Below, piece after piece: positions 62,201-64,000 of a stretch of 64,000 bases of DNA. How positions within the stretch are numbered: the stretch's first letter is position 1; each line of letters opens with the position of its first letter. The position numbers and the translations under genes are program-made. The DNA lies in the sequence record DRR723986_637, one strand, 5' to 3'. Below the pieces are notes generated by a model, which saw only the letters and a list, made by a program, of their open reading frames with translations, did not search any database and was not told the origin of the DNA.

Positions 62201-62480
62201 TATACTGACGAATAACATTTACGCCCATATTTTTTAATAGTGACATTTCTGTGTCAAGTCCGGCTTTTATAATATCATCTGACTTTGTCCAAAAACTAGC
62301 GTCAACTACGTCTGTACCGATTGGAATATAATCCCAATTCATACCATTAATTATAAAATTTTCGCCATTAACGACAAGTCTATAACCATCGGTACTACTT
62401 TCTACGGTTACTTTATCTGTTTGTCCCAGTGCAATGGATACACTAAACATTAAGAAAAGTATGATTAGTTTATTTTTCAT
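59289..62480 (-). CDS. Clan GH-A (GH2/GH158-like) TIM-barrel glycosidase fused to a roughly 600-aa probable beta-barrel domain
   Basis: Signal peptide; GVNVIRQY, LGNEN, FTEFG, DGWWK and EEWFGI; C-terminal region of alternating amphipathic strands. Confidence 0.7.
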   Translation of the reverse strand: MKNKLIILFLMFSVSIALGQTDKVTVESSTDGYRLVVNGENFIINGMNWDYIPIGTDVVDASFWTKSDDIIKAGLDTEMSLLKNMGVNVIRQYTGVPARWIQYIYENYGIYTMLNHSFGRYGLTIDGVWTPVTIYDDAKTSELLMNEVTVLVEEYKDTPGLLLYLLGNENNYGLFWQGAETEDFPDDEEKKAFIGEKRGRPMYKLMNDAAVAMKAIDSSHPVAICNGDVLFIDIIAEECKDVDIYGTNTYRGASFTDMFDVVKEKLDMPLIFTEFGADAFNAKENREDQKAQAYYMVENWKEIYQHAAGLGKTGISLGGFTFQFSDGWWKFGFDDRKNADVHDNNASWTNGGYAIDLAPGQNNMNEEWFGICAKGATNERGLYQLYPRAAYYALKEAHSLNPYGEGVTADFVNNHFKNIQIMDHVLRARGDKAALGGNDSQKIRLSQLTARFTTFNTGGSLITTPDNPDPDSNSYPNQLGFDHMQSYFVGVEGNPAPNVRASATFNIIGKVAENPIDEIFYENRARPVISLDNNNQQVVENDVNRVNVYQAEFEWNAKDFDLRGFYRTGHFHWQYEGDFFGLYPEANYGPNLDIYGGEILGVEIDGKGSLDGLKAAFGPQLWWGANPTALLKYHKKIGKYDVTGIYHRDLETEADFDANGRRVLDENQLRSGIIPAWPTERASLVVERELGKFGITVGGIWGGSPLNGSTFQMYEERNDVVVQDKVNSKDNWGGKAKITYEGGKFNWYAQGAVMGLVANGGFDATRTFTGWRLKDSGSGNMANVLSGFTYTLGNLQIAPNFMWQKPLVDAMPNGVAAPGRLRNVIDDPFAVRQGNREMTAGEILFSFDPTPGTWMYEWNNDRAEDAKFAMNLGFVYRYLPTTMDAHIGFLANRTFFAFPNAAPAEDLWEVHSRMVSKVSSELGIIGNFYYGNAQANGDSQRTIKRFGGDIRMIYNKMKVETHVKVNDWGPFDYHRDFNLTFPLQLMLDVSTSLGKPDWFVLPSTTVGIRGTWRSLDRFSPRYSPLATDPNATNPNQGPLLSPVGFPDGSEWEIRTYVHINIGK

Positions 62481-62577
62481 ATAGTTATTTTAATGTTCTT
62501 ATTTATTTTTAAAGGTTAACACCTTACTTAAAAAATCACAATCTATCTTTTAGATATTAATGACTTTCAATAATTTA

Positions 62578-62618
62578 AAAGATAAGGTCAATACATGGTA
62601 AATATTGACCTTATCTTT
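62578..62618 (-). terminator. 16-bp perfect hairpin downstream of the repeat-protein gene
   Basis: AAAGATAAGGTCAATA-9nt-TATTGACCTTATCTTT. Confidence 0.75.
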
Positions 62619-62636
62619 GACTAGTAAACTAAATAA

Positions 62637-64000
62637 TTATTGCCTTGCGAGTTTAAATGACCACCAGCCTTCTCCTGCTACGGCGATATCTAACTCTAAT
62701 GTATTTCCGTCTTCTGATAATGTTGCGATATACGTAATGGAATCTGCTGCCTCCGCTGGTGAAGCTAATTCTGCTCCATTCACAACTTTTGCTAATCCTA
62801 GGAAAGCACCAGCGCCGTCTATAGTAATCGTTCCAGCACCTTCATCATAAGTATATGTTGCTGATGCAGTGCCATCATGCGGGAATATAGGCGTACCGCA
62901 AGCTTCTGGATCAGCACCTTGCCATGGCTCTAACCAAGTTTCTGATCCTAAAATATTTTCGAATGTACCATCTGCATTAAATACATATTCATCATCAAAG
63001 AAGCAATCTCTTGTTGCAACATCCTCTGATGAATTTGACCACCATGATACATTATCTTGACCAGGTCCTACACCTAAAGCACCAGCTTCTGGAGCAATTT
63101 TCCACGTCCCTTGTACACCAGTTGGCACAACATCTTTCACTAATTTAAAAGACCACCAGCCTTCACCAGCTACTGCAATATCTAATTCTAAAGTATTACC
63201 ATCTTCAGAGAGTGTAGCTATGTAAGTAATGGAATCAGGAGCTTCAGCCGGATTTGCTAATTCAGCACCATTAACAACTTTTGCTAATCCTAAGAACGCA
63301 CCGGCACCTTCGATTGTAAGTGTTCCTGCACCTGCATCGTAATTGTACGTAGCTGATGCTGAACCATCGTGTGGAAATACAGGAGTACCACATTGCTCAG
63401 GATCAACACCTTGCCATGGTTCTAACCATGTTTCTGAACCTAATACGTTTTGGAACGTTCCGTCTGAATTAAACACATATGTATCATCAAACAAGCAATC
63501 TCTGGTCGCAACATCTTCAGATGAATTAGACCACCAACTCACATTGTCTTGACCTGGACCTACACCCAAAGCACCAGCTTCTGGAGCTAATCTCCATGTT
63601 CCATCTAAAGCTGAAGGAGCAGGTGGAGCGTCTTTTACAAATTTAAAAGACCACCATCCTTCACCAGCAACCTGGATATCTAATTCTAAAGTATTTGTAT
63701 CATCTGAAAGTGATGCAACATATGTAATTGAACTTGGTGCATCTCCGGGAGATGCTAATTCTGCACCATTAATAACTTTTGCAAGTCCCATGAATGCGCC
63801 TGCGCCATCTAAAGTTAGTGTGCCCATAGCTTCATTGAAATTATAAGTCGCACTTGCTGAACCATCATGTGGGAAAACTGGAGTTCCACACGCTTCTGGA
63901 TCAGTTCCTTGCCATGGCTCTAACCAAGTTTCATCTCCTAAAACATTTTGGAATGTTCCGTCTGAGTTAAAGACATATTCATCGTCAAACAAACAATCTC
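62637..64000 (-). CDS. 5'-truncated protein with tandem ~165-aa Trp-rich modules, probable glucan-binding protein
   Basis: Frame is open to the window edge; repeated GTW.LAPEAGALGVGP..WWSN..TWLEPWQG..GWWSFK. Confidence 0.8.
   Translation of the reverse strand, partial: DCLFDDEYVFNSDGTFQNVLGDETWLEPWQGTDPEACGTPVFPHDGSASATYNFNEAMGTLTLDGAGAFMGLAKVINGAELASPGDAPSSITYVASLSDDTNTLELDIQVAGEGWWSFKFVKDAPPAPSALDGTWRLAPEAGALGVGPGQDNVSWWSNSSEDVATRDCLFDDTYVFNSDGTFQNVLGSETWLEPWQGVDPEQCGTPVFPHDGSASATYNYDAGAGTLTIEGAGAFLGLAKVVNGAELANPAEAPDSITYIATLSEDGNTLELDIAVAGEGWWSFKLVKDVVPTGVQGTWKIAPEAGALGVGPGQDNVSWWSNSSEDVATRDCFFDDEYVFNADGTFENILGSETWLEPWQGADPEACGTPIFPHDGTASATYTYDEGAGTITIDGAGAFLGLAKVVNGAELASPAEAADSITYIATLSEDGNTLELDIAVAGEGWWSFKLARQ
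62640..64000 (-). repeat. Coding tandem repeat, unit 492-498 bp, two full copies and one partial
   Basis: WWS-coding GACCACC at 62659, 63151 and 63649; GTW starts at 63110 and 63602. Confidence 0.9.

Noticed and set aside
62640-64000. Long repeats as a DGR template/variable pair or a mobile element
   Set aside because: In-frame domain repeats with mostly synonymous differences; no reverse transcriptase or transposase in the window
36110-64000. Claim that the glucan locus lacks SusC/SusD
   Set aside because: The locus is cut by the right edge and the pair may lie just upstream; this cannot be judged here

Overview
AT-rich chromosomal window from a Flavobacteriaceae (Bacteroidota) bacterium, probably marine. 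Support: T9SS C-terminal domains, GLPGLI proteins, TAnnTTTG promoters and a beta-1,3-glucan locus. I found no rRNA, tRNA, CRISPR array, prophage or transposase. Left to right: (1) 1-8.5 kb, a small secreted protein, three tandem GLPGLI paralogs and a TonB-dependent-receptor-like barrel, divergent from an OmpR-type two-component system, with a 10-bp-phased GTTAAC triple repeat between them. (2) 8.6-35.7 kb, mostly core genes: deoxynucleoside kinase, S9 peptidase, hppA next to ppa, pdhB, etfBA, DUF151 nuclease, nupC, thyA, a 2TM-DHFR fusion, fabD, lspA, galE, DegT and waaA. (3) 35.8-36.1 kb, a chimeric deletion scar. (4) 36.1-64 kb, an all-minus-strand laminarin/beta-1,3-glucan locus: LacI, YyaL-like protein, two T9SS cargoes, an FG-GAP/ASPIC protein, four GH17, MFS, GH30, GH149, GH16, a binding lipoprotein, a clan-A glucanase fused to a probable beta-barrel, and a tandem-repeat protein running off the right edge. 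The strongest novelty candidates are the GLPGLI/barrel/TCS module, the glucanase-barrel fusion, the membrane-tethered DHFR with an A10 tract at the domain junction, and a structured RNA upstream of the DUF151-nupC genes. All family calls are from motif recognition by eye; no database searches were run.
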